A stretch of DNA of 29,602 nt from a virus (Duplodnaviria; Caudoviricetes). Location of the stretch: the IMG/VR virus record IMGVR_UViG_3300023176_002544, positions 1 to 29,602 of that record; one strand, 5' to 3'. The translations under genes and the position numbers were made by a program. Within the stretch, counting starts at the first letter, position 1, and each line of letters begins with the position of its first letter. This document shows positions 6,663-15,112 of this stretch, in pieces. Under the pieces are notes generated by a model. The model was given only the letters and a program-made list of their open reading frames with translations, did not search any database and was not told where the DNA came from.

Positions 6663-8628
6663 AACAGAAGCACAAACACCAGCACCCAAGAAAGACCAAA
6701 TCAAGGGAAGTAAGACCAATCCCAAGGGTAGTGCTTCAGGCTCAAGGGGTGGAATAGAGATTGGTGATAGTGCAGTCAAAGCACTTGAGAACCTAAGAGA
6801 CCGACACAATAAAAGATACAAGTCTCAGTCTAAGCAAGTAGACCTTGGTATGTTAAAGGCAGTCTTTAGACGTGGTGCAGGTGCTTTTTCTGTTAGTCAT
6901 CGACCAGGTATGACAAGGACACAATGGGCATTGGCAAGAGTAAGAACCTTTCTCAAGTTGGTTGGTACAGGTGAGAGAAAGAAGTCTTACACAACCGACC
7001 TTGACCTTTTACCCAAAGGCCACAGACAAAGAGTTGAAGCCAAGGTTGAAGCCTTGGCCATACCTGACAAATACAGCCATATTGACTTCACACCACCAAA
7101 GGGAGCACAAGACGCTGCCAAACGTGCCTTGGAAGTCAGAGCAACAAAGCCACCTTCACAGCGTGGTATGACACCTGTAGGTATTGCTAGAGCTAGAGAC
7201 CTAGCCAATGGCAAAACACTTTCTCCCGAAACGGTGAAGCGTATGCTTGCCTACTTCACTCGCCATGAAGTTGACAAAAAAGGTTCAACTTGGAGCGACC
7301 AAGGGAAGGGCTGGCAGGCTTGGCAAGGTTGGGGCGGTGACGCTGGTTATTCTTTTGCAAGGAAAGTTGTGAACCAAATGAAAAGAGCAGATGAAAAGCA
7401 AACAGCACTTCGGGCTTATGGTGAAGCAATCCAACTCACCAACCTTAGAGAACCATCTTATGATCTACCCGAAGGATTAACCATTGGTAAACCGTTCAAG
7501 ACTTTGGCCCTTGGTCAAGTATCTTCAAGAATGAACGGTGAAAACATTGGCCAAGAAATAGACCATGAACTTCTTGGTGAAATGATACGAGTATTTAAAA
7601 AACGTCAATATGCTGATCCTGTAATTATTGATTGGCAGCATGCAACAAGCCCTTTTCAAGGTGGACACCCAGCACCACCCGAAAGTGGGAACGCACTTGG
7701 CTTAATCGTAGACATTGAACTTAGAGAAGATGGCTTATATGCAACACCAGCTTATAATGAAAGAGGTCTTGACGTGGTCAAGTCTGCAGGTGGTGTGCTT
7801 TGGTCTTCACCCGAGTTTATCGTTGGTGATGTCTTCGCTCGTGATGGTGGAGACCCCATTGGAAGTGCTCAACTTTTAGCTATTACCCTTACTCCACGAC
7901 CTGCACAGTCTAATGATAAGATTGGTCGTGTACTCTTAAACGAAAGGACAACCTCAATGGATAACATTGAAGCCCTATCTGTTGAAGAACTTCGTCAAAT
8001 GCTTGTCGCTAAAGACGCATTGGTCAAGGAGCTTGAACAGAAAATGAAGGACATGATGGAAGATTCAGAGTCAGCAATGGTTGACGAAAAAGAAGAAACC
8101 ATGATGGAAGAAGAAGACAAAGCCGAAAAAATGGCGGAGTCTAAAGAAGAAGACAAAGCTGAAAAGATGATGGAAGATGAAGAGAAGAAGTCTTACAAGA
8201 TGAGTGAGACCTTAACCGAGTCAACCCTACTTAGTGAAGTCCAAGCCTTGCGTGAAAACAATGCTAAACTATCACAGCGTCTTGAAGCTATTGAAGCCGA
8301 AAAGAAAGAAGTTGAAAAGCGTGAAGCGGTCAATCTTCTTCTTAATGAAGGCAAGATCACACCAAGTGAAGTTGAAGTTGCTGGCAAGGCATTTGAACTT
8401 CGTGAACTTCAAGGTGAGTTTTGGACTATGTTCTCAGAGCGACCTTCAAACAGTGCTGTGCCATTGGTAGAGGTTGGTCATGGTGCAAGTGGTCAAGAGA
8501 TTAATAAGGCTACTCTTGACCAAGAAGTAAGAAAGCTAGCTAGTGAGAAATCAGTTAGCTATTCAGAAGCCTTGAACCTTTTCGCTAAATCAAACCCCGA
8601 CTATTACAATAAGGTCTTTGGAGCTTAA
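6655..8628 (+). CDS. Prohead protease/scaffold (Mu gpI-like) with two extra N-terminal domains
   Basis: The central region (PVIIDWQHAT, IELREDGLYA, WSSPEF, LLAITLTPRPA) matches Mu gpI-type proteases. It has an acidic coiled-coil scaffold at the C-terminus and about 250 aa of basic N-terminal extension. Confidence 0.8.
   Translation: MARTEAQTPAPKKDQIKGSKTNPKGSASGSRGGIEIGDSAVKALENLRDRHNKRYKSQSKQVDLGMLKAVFRRGAGAFSVSHRPGMTRTQWALARVRTFLKLVGTGERKKSYTTDLDLLPKGHRQRVEAKVEALAIPDKYSHIDFTPPKGAQDAAKRALEVRATKPPSQRGMTPVGIARARDLANGKTLSPETVKRMLAYFTRHEVDKKGSTWSDQGKGWQAWQGWGGDAGYSFARKVVNQMKRADEKQTALRAYGEAIQLTNLREPSYDLPEGLTIGKPFKTLALGQVSSRMNGENIGQEIDHELLGEMIRVFKKRQYADPVIIDWQHATSPFQGGHPAPPESGNALGLIVDIELREDGLYATPAYNERGLDVVKSAGGVLWSSPEFIVGDVFARDGGDPIGSAQLLAITLTPRPAQSNDKIGRVLLNERTTSMDNIEALSVEELRQMLVAKDALVKELEQKMKDMMEDSESAMVDEKEETMMEEEDKAEKMAESKEEDKAEKMMEDEEKKSYKMSETLTESTLLSEVQALRENNAKLSQRLEAIEAEKKEVEKREAVNLLLNEGKITPSEVEVAGKAFELRELQGEFWTMFSERPSNSAVPLVEVGHGASGQEINKATLDQEVRKLASEKSVSYSEALNLFAKSNPDYYNKVFGA
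7957..8628 (+). CDS. Probable internally initiated scaffolding protein (in frame with the protease)
   Basis: In-frame ATG 7957 is preceded by AAAGGA (7943-7948), exactly at the protease/coiled-coil boundary. Confidence 0.55.
   Translation: MDNIEALSVEELRQMLVAKDALVKELEQKMKDMMEDSESAMVDEKEETMMEEEDKAEKMAESKEEDKAEKMMEDEEKKSYKMSETLTESTLLSEVQALRENNAKLSQRLEAIEAEKKEVEKREAVNLLLNEGKITPSEVEVAGKAFELRELQGEFWTMFSERPSNSAVPLVEVGHGASGQEINKATLDQEVRKLASEKSVSYSEALNLFAKSNPDYYNKVFGA
8110..8169 (+). repeat. Direct repeat encoding EEDKAEKM twice in the scaffold
   Basis: GAAGAAGACAAAGCYGAAAARATG at 8110-8133 and 8146-8169. Confidence 0.8.
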
Positions 8629-8630
8629 TC

Positions 8631-9008
8631 ATGTCAAATATTATCAATTCTTTTGTAGCTGCTGAAGCTATTACTGAGTTTGCCCTTGTTTCTGTTAACA
8701 CAGCTGGCAAGATTGTTATTACTGATGCCGCTACTGATGCTCGTTGCGTTGGTATTGCACAACGTGCTTGTGCAAGCGGTGACAGTGTGGAAGTTCTTGT
8801 GCAAGGTGTAAGTCGTGTGATTGCAGGTGCGACCATTGCAAACACTGTTTCCCTTGTTATGGCTGATACTGATGGGAAAGTTGTTACTCATGCAACAACA
8901 GGAAACTACAGCATTGGCCAAATCCTACCTAACATCAACCAAACTTCAGCAAGTGCAAGCGATCAAATCTTGATTAAATTCACAGGCCCTTGCAACTTAC
9001 TACCTTAA
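8631..9008 (+). CDS. Capsid cement/decoration protein (DUF2190-like)
   Basis: 125 aa, Ala/Val/Thr-rich, lying between scaffold and capsid genes; pattern AAEAIT..LV...G....VGIA....GDSVEV...G. Confidence 0.75.
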   Translation: MSNIINSFVAAEAITEFALVSVNTAGKIVITDAATDARCVGIAQRACASGDSVEVLVQGVSRVIAGATIANTVSLVMADTDGKVVTHATTGNYSIGQILPNINQTSASASDQILIKFTGPCNLLP

Positions 9009-9020
9009 GGAGCTTAACAC

Positions 9021-10022
9021 ATGGCTAGTTCATACGCTAATTTACACCCTGTTGACCAAATTTTAACAAGCCTTGTTCAAGAAGCTGTTCCAAGTGATGA
9101 CCAGCTTATCGCTGACAAGGTTCTTGAGACCATCAAAGTTCCCGAGCGTTCAGGTACTCTTTTAGTTGAGAATACCCGCAACTTTATGGGAGCAGGTGCA
9201 GGTCTTGACATCGAGAGAGCTCCTGGCTCAAGTCGTGCTTCTATTGGTGGCTTTGATCGTTCAAGCCAAACCTTCAAAGCCAAGATTTATTCAGCAAGTG
9301 ATTCAATCGCAATGGAAGACATCTTTGACAGCCAATACCCTGGCAGCGAAGAAGCGCGTATTGCAAAGAAGGTTGCTCGAGTAATGAAACTTGCTCGTGA
9401 GAAGAGAGCGGCTGATTTATTATTTGGTACAAGCAACTTCAACAACAACAATTCAACAGCTGAATTTGGTGGCAAGTTCAATGCTGCAGGTGCTGAAGGT
9501 CTTAGTTATCTCCATGAGCTTAAGGACACTGTTTTTGAGGCAGCACATGGAATCAATCCTGATACCTTAATCTTTGGTCGTCAACTCTTCAGAGAGCTTG
9601 CACGAAATCCAGAAGTCCGTGGTTATGTTGGTGATTCGACTGCAGGTATCGCTAGTGGTAATCGCATCTTGAATGATGAAGCTGTTATTGCTGTGCTTCG
9701 TGATGTCCTTGGTATTCCAAACATCTATGTTGGTCAAGCTCGTCAAGATACTGCAGTGCCAGGTGCTACTTCTTCAGAAAGCTACATTTGGACAGGTGAC
9801 AGCTTGTTTATGGGTATTCTTCGTGGTTCTGATGCTATCGTTCAAAAGAGTGGTAACGTGAAGGGTATGCCTGTTGCTGCTCTTAATCTTGCTTTTTCTG
9901 ATATGGTAAGCGGTCAGTATGACAGCCTAGACAAAACACGTCGTTATGTTTGGGGTGAAGAGGTTAACTCTTTCCACGCTGTAGATTCAACCCTTGGTCG
10001 TATCATCACTGACTGTCTATAA
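9021..10022 (+). CDS. Major capsid protein (HK97 fold)
   Basis: 333 aa with a strong AAGGAG RBS and the expected position. N-terminal VDQILTSL...IADKVLETIKV and later GINPDTLIFG are typical of this capsid class. Confidence 0.85.
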   Translation: MASSYANLHPVDQILTSLVQEAVPSDDQLIADKVLETIKVPERSGTLLVENTRNFMGAGAGLDIERAPGSSRASIGGFDRSSQTFKAKIYSASDSIAMEDIFDSQYPGSEEARIAKKVARVMKLAREKRAADLLFGTSNFNNNNSTAEFGGKFNAAGAEGLSYLHELKDTVFEAAHGINPDTLIFGRQLFRELARNPEVRGYVGDSTAGIASGNRILNDEAVIAVLRDVLGIPNIYVGQARQDTAVPGATSSESYIWTGDSLFMGILRGSDAIVQKSGNVKGMPVAALNLAFSDMVSGQYDSLDKTRRYVWGEEVNSFHAVDSTLGRIITDCL

Positions 10023-10030
10023 GGTGAAAG

Positions 10031-10942
10031 ATGCTTTGTACATGTGGCCAACAAATATCCTTACTCGCTGAGAATGACGCTGATAAGGAAGCAATAGAGG
10101 ACTTGACAAGACAGGCAAAAAGTCAGTCAGGTCCAATGGCCACATTGACAAGGGCAAGACGTGACCAGCTCAAGGCAGAAGTAAAGGCTGAACAGGCTTT
10201 TGCTAAGTCCTTGAAGCAAGGGGCTTTGGATATTTCCAAGGCTATGGAAATAGCAATTAAGACCGCAAGAGTCGAAACCATAATGAACTATACTGATGAA
10301 CAGCTTATGCAGTTCATTCTTGAAAATGGTCTTGGCCTTGCTGTTGATGAATTCATTGAACAAACTGACTTAATAAGGCAGGCTGTTCAAAAAGGCATAT
10401 TGGCGATAAGGACAGATGTTGACTTTTCAAACATTGCTTCAAACATGCAAGCAATCCAAGCCATGACTGCCAAACAAGTATTTGAAGACGTGATCTTACC
10501 ACCTGTTAAGAAAAGTATTGCTAGAGGTCTACAAGATGCAATCTTGGAAGTACCAGCTGAAATCATAGCAAGCAATCTCCAAATACAACTTGAAAGCGCA
10601 ATGGGTAGGCAGCTAACAGAAGTCAAGACGCAAATATCTTCCTTTGGTCGTTCAATAACTGCCTTTGTTGCAGAAGACGCAGGACTTGACCACTACCTTT
10701 ACACAGGCCCCAAAGACGGTATAACAAGACCTTTTTGTCGTGAACTCATTGGCTTGGTAGTTACCAAGGAGCAAATGAGAAAACTTGACAATGGTCAAGG
10801 GCTTGGTGTGCTAGTATATTGCGGTGGATATAATTGCCGCCATAGTTGGTCACCTGTCAGTGAAGGTTTCATTGAAGCTGCTAAACTACCCCTTGCGACC
10901 AATACAAATATCAATCAAGCAAACAATAAAGCACAAAGGTGA
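10031..10942 (+). CDS. Minor head/head morphogenesis protein (Mu gpF/SPP1 gp7-like)
   Basis: Helical N-terminal part and C-terminal motifs YTGPKDGITRPFC and GGYNCRHSWSPV. Confidence 0.8.
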   Translation: MLCTCGQQISLLAENDADKEAIEDLTRQAKSQSGPMATLTRARRDQLKAEVKAEQAFAKSLKQGALDISKAMEIAIKTARVETIMNYTDEQLMQFILENGLGLAVDEFIEQTDLIRQAVQKGILAIRTDVDFSNIASNMQAIQAMTAKQVFEDVILPPVKKSIARGLQDAILEVPAEIIASNLQIQLESAMGRQLTEVKTQISSFGRSITAFVAEDAGLDHYLYTGPKDGITRPFCRELIGLVVTKEQMRKLDNGQGLGVLVYCGGYNCRHSWSPVSEGFIEAAKLPLATNTNINQANNKAQR

Positions 10943-10947
10943 TAGCC

Positions 10948-11904
10948 ATGATTAAGGTTGCTACAGATACAGACTTACTTTTTGAATGGAACGCACCAAC
11001 ACCCATCACAGGTAGTGTGACCTTAAAAGTGTATGCTACAAGCACACCTGTGACAGTGGCCTTGACCCAAAGCAGGACAGCCTTAACGGTGACAGCCATT
11101 GCAAGCGACCGAAGAACATTGACACTTTCAGCAAGTGCAACAGCCTTGCAAGCTGACCAAGTTAAGGCCTTCTTTGTGACCAATGGAGACACTTACTTTT
11201 CAGTAGCTATTTCAAGGATAGTTGATACCACAGCGATATTGGCCGAACCACTACCAAGAGAAGTGGACTTATCAACTAGTGGTAGTCTTGAATTCGCCAT
11301 GTACTATGGAACGGTAACAACTGCACAAGTCACAGACACACCTGGCTATTACCCCTATACAATAGGCTATACTTCCAACCTTGGAAGTCAGACCCAAGGC
11401 AAGACTGAAAAAGGTATCATCAAGGTCACTAATCGACCATTTGACACAGGTCTTGACCATGACGAACTAGTAAGAACTTTTGCAAACCTTGCGGACATGG
11501 TGCCAAGAAGACAAAGCAGTTTTGAACCACAAATTAAGGCAAGCCTTGAGGAAATCATCTTAGTCATTAGAAACCACTTAAGAGCAGATGACATCACAGA
11601 AGATGAAGTCTTCAACCCAGAGTCCTTTAAACTTGCACATGCTTATTGTGCAGCTTCAAGGATATATGAGCAAGCCTTACAGTTTGATGCTGCCAGCATG
11701 ATGAAAGCAAGGTGTGAAGAATTAATTGATAAGGCTTTAGCCACTATATCACTTGACCTTGATGGAGATGGGTTGGTTGATAGTGGTGAAGAGGTCTTAT
11801 CGAGAAAAGGTGGTGGACCAACTGACTTTAGAGCAAGTTGGAGAACTTACAGCAAATCAGCAAATGATTCTTTCTTTACTCCGAAACGTGGAATGAGGCA
11901 CTAG
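10948..11904 (+). CDS. Putative head-tail adaptor with beta-rich N-terminal domain
   Basis: Located after the head genes, with a helical C-terminal domain containing a DLDGDGLVDSGE loop. ATG 10948 has an AAAGGTGA RBS (ORF track start 10939). Confidence 0.55.
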   Translation: MIKVATDTDLLFEWNAPTPITGSVTLKVYATSTPVTVALTQSRTALTVTAIASDRRTLTLSASATALQADQVKAFFVTNGDTYFSVAISRIVDTTAILAEPLPREVDLSTSGSLEFAMYYGTVTTAQVTDTPGYYPYTIGYTSNLGSQTQGKTEKGIIKVTNRPFDTGLDHDELVRTFANLADMVPRRQSSFEPQIKASLEEIILVIRNHLRADDITEDEVFNPESFKLAHAYCAASRIYEQALQFDAASMMKARCEELIDKALATISLDLDGDGLVDSGEEVLSRKGGGPTDFRASWRTYSKSANDSFFTPKRGMRH

Positions 11905-11906
11905 TC

Positions 11907-12410
11907 ATGCCTGTTAAGTATAAGTTCAACTTTCCAAGCAACCTATGGACACAACAAGACAGTGCTATTCTTGGATCAAATACACTTGCACAAATCAAGA
12001 TAAGAACAGGCAAGGGGATTGATGCAAATGGACAACCATTTGAAGACTACTCTACCAATCCAATATATGTGAAAAAGCAAGGTGCAAAACTTAAGCCCAA
12101 AGGTGGCAGACCTTCCAAGTCAGGTGATAGTGTTTACTATGAAAAAGGATATGCTCAATATAAGCATGAATCAAGAAGACGTGGTCAAGGTGGTGAAAGT
12201 GCAGAAGTTGACCTTGTACTTAGTGGCAACATGCTAAACAACTTCATAGTGAAAGAAGCCACTGACCATGGATTCAAGATTGGCTTAACTAATCAAGCTC
12301 AATATGGTTATGATGTTAATCGAGAACGTGAATTTATTGGCTTGACTGATGGTGAAGTTGAAATGATTGTCAAGGCTGTTGAACTTGATCTTAAAAGGAA
12401 ATTACAATGA
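11907..12410 (+). CDS. Virion morphogenesis/neck protein (Mu gpG-like)
   Basis: Motifs GIDANGQPFEDYS, VDLVLSGNML and REFIGLT are characteristic of the phage virion morphogenesis family. Confidence 0.75.
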   Translation: MPVKYKFNFPSNLWTQQDSAILGSNTLAQIKIRTGKGIDANGQPFEDYSTNPIYVKKQGAKLKPKGGRPSKSGDSVYYEKGYAQYKHESRRRGQGGESAEVDLVLSGNMLNNFIVKEATDHGFKIGLTNQAQYGYDVNREREFIGLTDGEVEMIVKAVELDLKRKLQ

Positions 12411-12871
12411 GCCAAGGCATATTTGCAGCACTTGAATTCTTAGAAGATATGGTTGAGAACATTGACCCAAAGACAGATTCACACCATGGCTTTGTTGCCA
12501 TTAATCGTGGCACAGGCTTCACAGCGTCTTTGGAAGATCGACCAAATAGTACAAGATACTTTGAGCTTGCCATTGATGGACTTGCCAAAGACGATGGCAT
12601 GGCTGGTCTTAGTGGTCGAAAAAGAGCAAGGGTAAATTGTCGAGTTCGTTATGATGTACCACATGACCAAGGCTTCTTGCTTCGTCTTATTAATGAAGAC
12701 GTAGCTGATTTAATCGACACCTTAAAAGGTCCACAATATAATCTTGCTTCAACAGGGATTGTTTCTTTAATTCCCCTTGATGCTACACTTACAACTATTC
12801 TTGATAACCAAGGTGACCGCTTTGCCTATATCTTGGTTCTTCCTTTTGATCTTCTTTATTTGGAGAATTAA
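12407..12871 (+). CDS. Putative tail terminator/completion protein
   Basis: 154 aa, acidic, immediately before the tail tube gene; called on synteny. Confidence 0.5.
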   Translation: MSQGIFAALEFLEDMVENIDPKTDSHHGFVAINRGTGFTASLEDRPNSTRYFELAIDGLAKDDGMAGLSGRKRARVNCRVRYDVPHDQGFLLRLINEDVADLIDTLKGPQYNLASTGIVSLIPLDATLTTILDNQGDRFAYILVLPFDLLYLEN

Positions 12872-12874
12872 ACA

Positions 12875-14173
12875 ATGGCAGTAACACACAGAAGTTTAAG
12901 CATTGCAGTTGAATCACTGTTTGGTTCACTCGATCCCACAACAGGTATTCCTTCAGCTTCAGGACTTACCTTCATTTCAATTCCTTGCGAACGTGACCCC
13001 ATCATCGTGCCAGGTGAGCCTGTGGTCAGTGAAAGAAATGATGCAAGAGATGGTTCTTACAATGTACCAAGTGAACCCGACACAGTGTGGAGCGGTGGGG
13101 CAAGAGTAAGAAGAAGAACAGGTCAAGTTGTTTGTCGTGTTGACCTTACCACCATTGGTACAGCTTCAAGCGACTATTCAACCAACTATCTTGGTTATCT
13201 TCTTGGTGCTGGCCTTAAAACCAAGATTCCAAGTGTAGCGACTGACACAGTCACAGCGGTTGATGCTAACACCTATACACCAACAAGTGCGCCCGCTATT
13301 GCTGATATTGGCACTTTGATAAGTTCAACTATTAATGGTCGTGCTGAATATTCAGCAATCACAGACAATGCAGATGCAAGCAGTGATGTGACTATCTCAC
13401 CTGCACTTTCAACAAGTTCATATACTGCTATTCGTGGCCTACAGACTTGGTACACACCAAGCCGAACCAACACAGGAGACTATGAAGCAAGCGTCGCCTT
13501 TAAGATTGAAGGTGTGGACTTCCTTTCTTATGCTTATGGTTGTGTTATGGAAAGCATGAACATTACTCTTGACAATGGTCGCTTAATGGCTGAGTTCACC
13601 TTCCAAAGTGCTTTCATTACAGATGACCATGGAAGTGCAAGCGGTCCTGTTGAACCTTCTTATAATAGCGGTGCAGCACCTTTGTTTAGAGGTGCTTATG
13701 TGGTCGTTTCTTCAACAGCACCTTCAAGCCTAACCAATGCAAGTGTGGGAGATAAACTTGGAAGAACTGCACTTGATTGTGAAGACTTTAGTTTGACCTA
13801 TACCAACACCTTAACCCCTATGGGTCACAGCAATAGTGTTCTTGCAATGTCTGACATGGAAATAAGTGATGTTCAAGTTGAACTATCTTTGACCTTGTCA
13901 AGTGTCAACACCACCATAGCAAATGACTTCTTCAACCGAACTGTAAGACAAGTCTTAGTTGGCACAGGTCCACAAGGTGATGGACAAGGCTGTGCAATTA
14001 TGTTGCCTGCAGGTATGCTTACAGTTGATCCTTCTGTTTATGACGTAAGTGGTAACGATATTGTCAGACAGCAATTAACTTACGTTCAATCACGTTATGC
14101 TGGCGACTTCTCCACACTCAGCTATGAAGATAACGCTGGCAATTCACCATTTAGACTAGGACTTGGAATCTAA
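12875..14173 (+). CDS. Major tail tube protein (long; probable inserted domain)
   Basis: 432 aa, Ser/Thr-rich beta protein with YAYGCVMESMNITL and DFSLTYTNTL motifs; precedes the chaperone pair and tape measure. Confidence 0.75.
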   Translation: MAVTHRSLSIAVESLFGSLDPTTGIPSASGLTFISIPCERDPIIVPGEPVVSERNDARDGSYNVPSEPDTVWSGGARVRRRTGQVVCRVDLTTIGTASSDYSTNYLGYLLGAGLKTKIPSVATDTVTAVDANTYTPTSAPAIADIGTLISSTINGRAEYSAITDNADASSDVTISPALSTSSYTAIRGLQTWYTPSRTNTGDYEASVAFKIEGVDFLSYAYGCVMESMNITLDNGRLMAEFTFQSAFITDDHGSASGPVEPSYNSGAAPLFRGAYVVVSSTAPSSLTNASVGDKLGRTALDCEDFSLTYTNTLTPMGHSNSVLAMSDMEISDVQVELSLTLSSVNTTIANDFFNRTVRQVLVGTGPQGDGQGCAIMLPAGMLTVDPSVYDVSGNDIVRQQLTYVQSRYAGDFSTLSYEDNAGNSPFRLGLGI

Positions 14174-14174
14174 A

Positions 14175-14684
14175 ATGGCTTTAACCTTTTTGACTAGTGA
14201 AGACCAAACTATTGACATTGTGATAACTTGCGACAAAGCACTTGAAGCGAGTGATGAACAAAAGAAAACCTATCTATCAAGCGGTAAACTTGAAGACCTT
14301 GGCAGTGTGGAAGGTGCAACCAAGTTCACCATCAAAGCACTTTCACCAAGTGAAAGAGAACATGCAGAAGTTCAAGCTGGTGCATATTCAAGAAGTGAAC
14401 TTGGTCGCTTGCTTTGGGTAGAAGCACCTGTTGACCCTTCAGAGAGGGCTAGATGGCATCATGCTTTAACAGATGATGAGCGTGAAGCCATGGCAGGATA
14501 TGAAGCCTACTTGTCAAGAGTCTACCTTGAAATGATAAAAGCAAGCCTTCTCTCTATTGATGGTGAAGAAGCAAGCCTTGAGCAAGTACAAGCCATAAGG
14601 CCTGACAGCTTTAGAGTAAGGGCAATAAGTGAACTTGTTGCACATATTCAAAGAATAAGCCTGTTAGGCATTGAGGGAAAATAG
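14175..14684 (+). CDS. Tail assembly chaperone (gpG equivalent)
   Basis: Lies between tube and tape measure, contains an FTIKALS motif and ends in slippery G GGA AAA TAG. Likely start is ATG 14175. Confidence 0.75.
   Translation: MALTFLTSEDQTIDIVITCDKALEASDEQKKTYLSSGKLEDLGSVEGATKFTIKALSPSEREHAEVQAGAYSRSELGRLLWVEAPVDPSERARWHHALTDDEREAMAGYEAYLSRVYLEMIKASLLSIDGEEASLEQVQAIRPDSFRVRAISELVAHIQRISLLGIEGK
14675..14681 (+). other. Programmed -1 ribosomal frameshift site GGGAAAA
   Basis: X XXY YYZ heptamer directly before the TAG. The -1 frame reads GGG AAA ATA GCC ATG, in frame with ORF 14687..15112. Confidence 0.85.
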
Positions 14685-14686
14685 CC

Positions 14687-15112
14687 ATGGCCTCTTCGGT
14701 GTGGCTTGGTCACTCGAAGGGGCGAGCTTGGTCTTGTGACCAATGCAGAGCAAAGAAGGGATTAAGAGAACTTCGTGGGAATTGTGGAGGACCATTCAAG
14801 CAAGGCCTTCCACTTTTACAGCAAGACGAAGAAGGGGGCTTTGTGCCTGGTTATCGAGTAGCCCCAGATTGTGGTGAAGACTATTCTGATTTAAAGATTA
14901 GGTCTTGTCCTGTTGCTAGTGCCAATAGACTTTCATCAATTATTCAAGCATACCATAGGCACAGAGCAGGCTTGATTAAGATAAGCGAAACATACCCAAG
15001 GCCAAGTTGTGCTCTACTTGAAGCAATAGATGTTTTACACTCTAATACAGAAGAAGCAATTTACAGAGCACAGGAACGGTCAATGAAGGAGTCAAGACAT
15101 GGCAACCAATGA
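14687..15112 (+). CDS. Tail assembly chaperone C-terminal extension (gpT equivalent), Cys-rich
   Basis: In the -1 frame of the upstream chaperone and overlapping the tape measure start; has CDQC plus four further Cys. Confidence 0.7.
   Translation: MASSVWLGHSKGRAWSCDQCRAKKGLRELRGNCGGPFKQGLPLLQQDEEGGFVPGYRVAPDCGEDYSDLKIRSCPVASANRLSSIIQAYHRHRAGLIKISETYPRPSCALLEAIDVLHSNTEEAIYRAQERSMKESRHGNQ

Noticed and set aside
5250-12410. Transposable Mu-like prophage
   Set aside because: Only the head/neck genes are Mu-like. No transposase, integrase, att site, host genes or contractile sheath gene is seen in the window.
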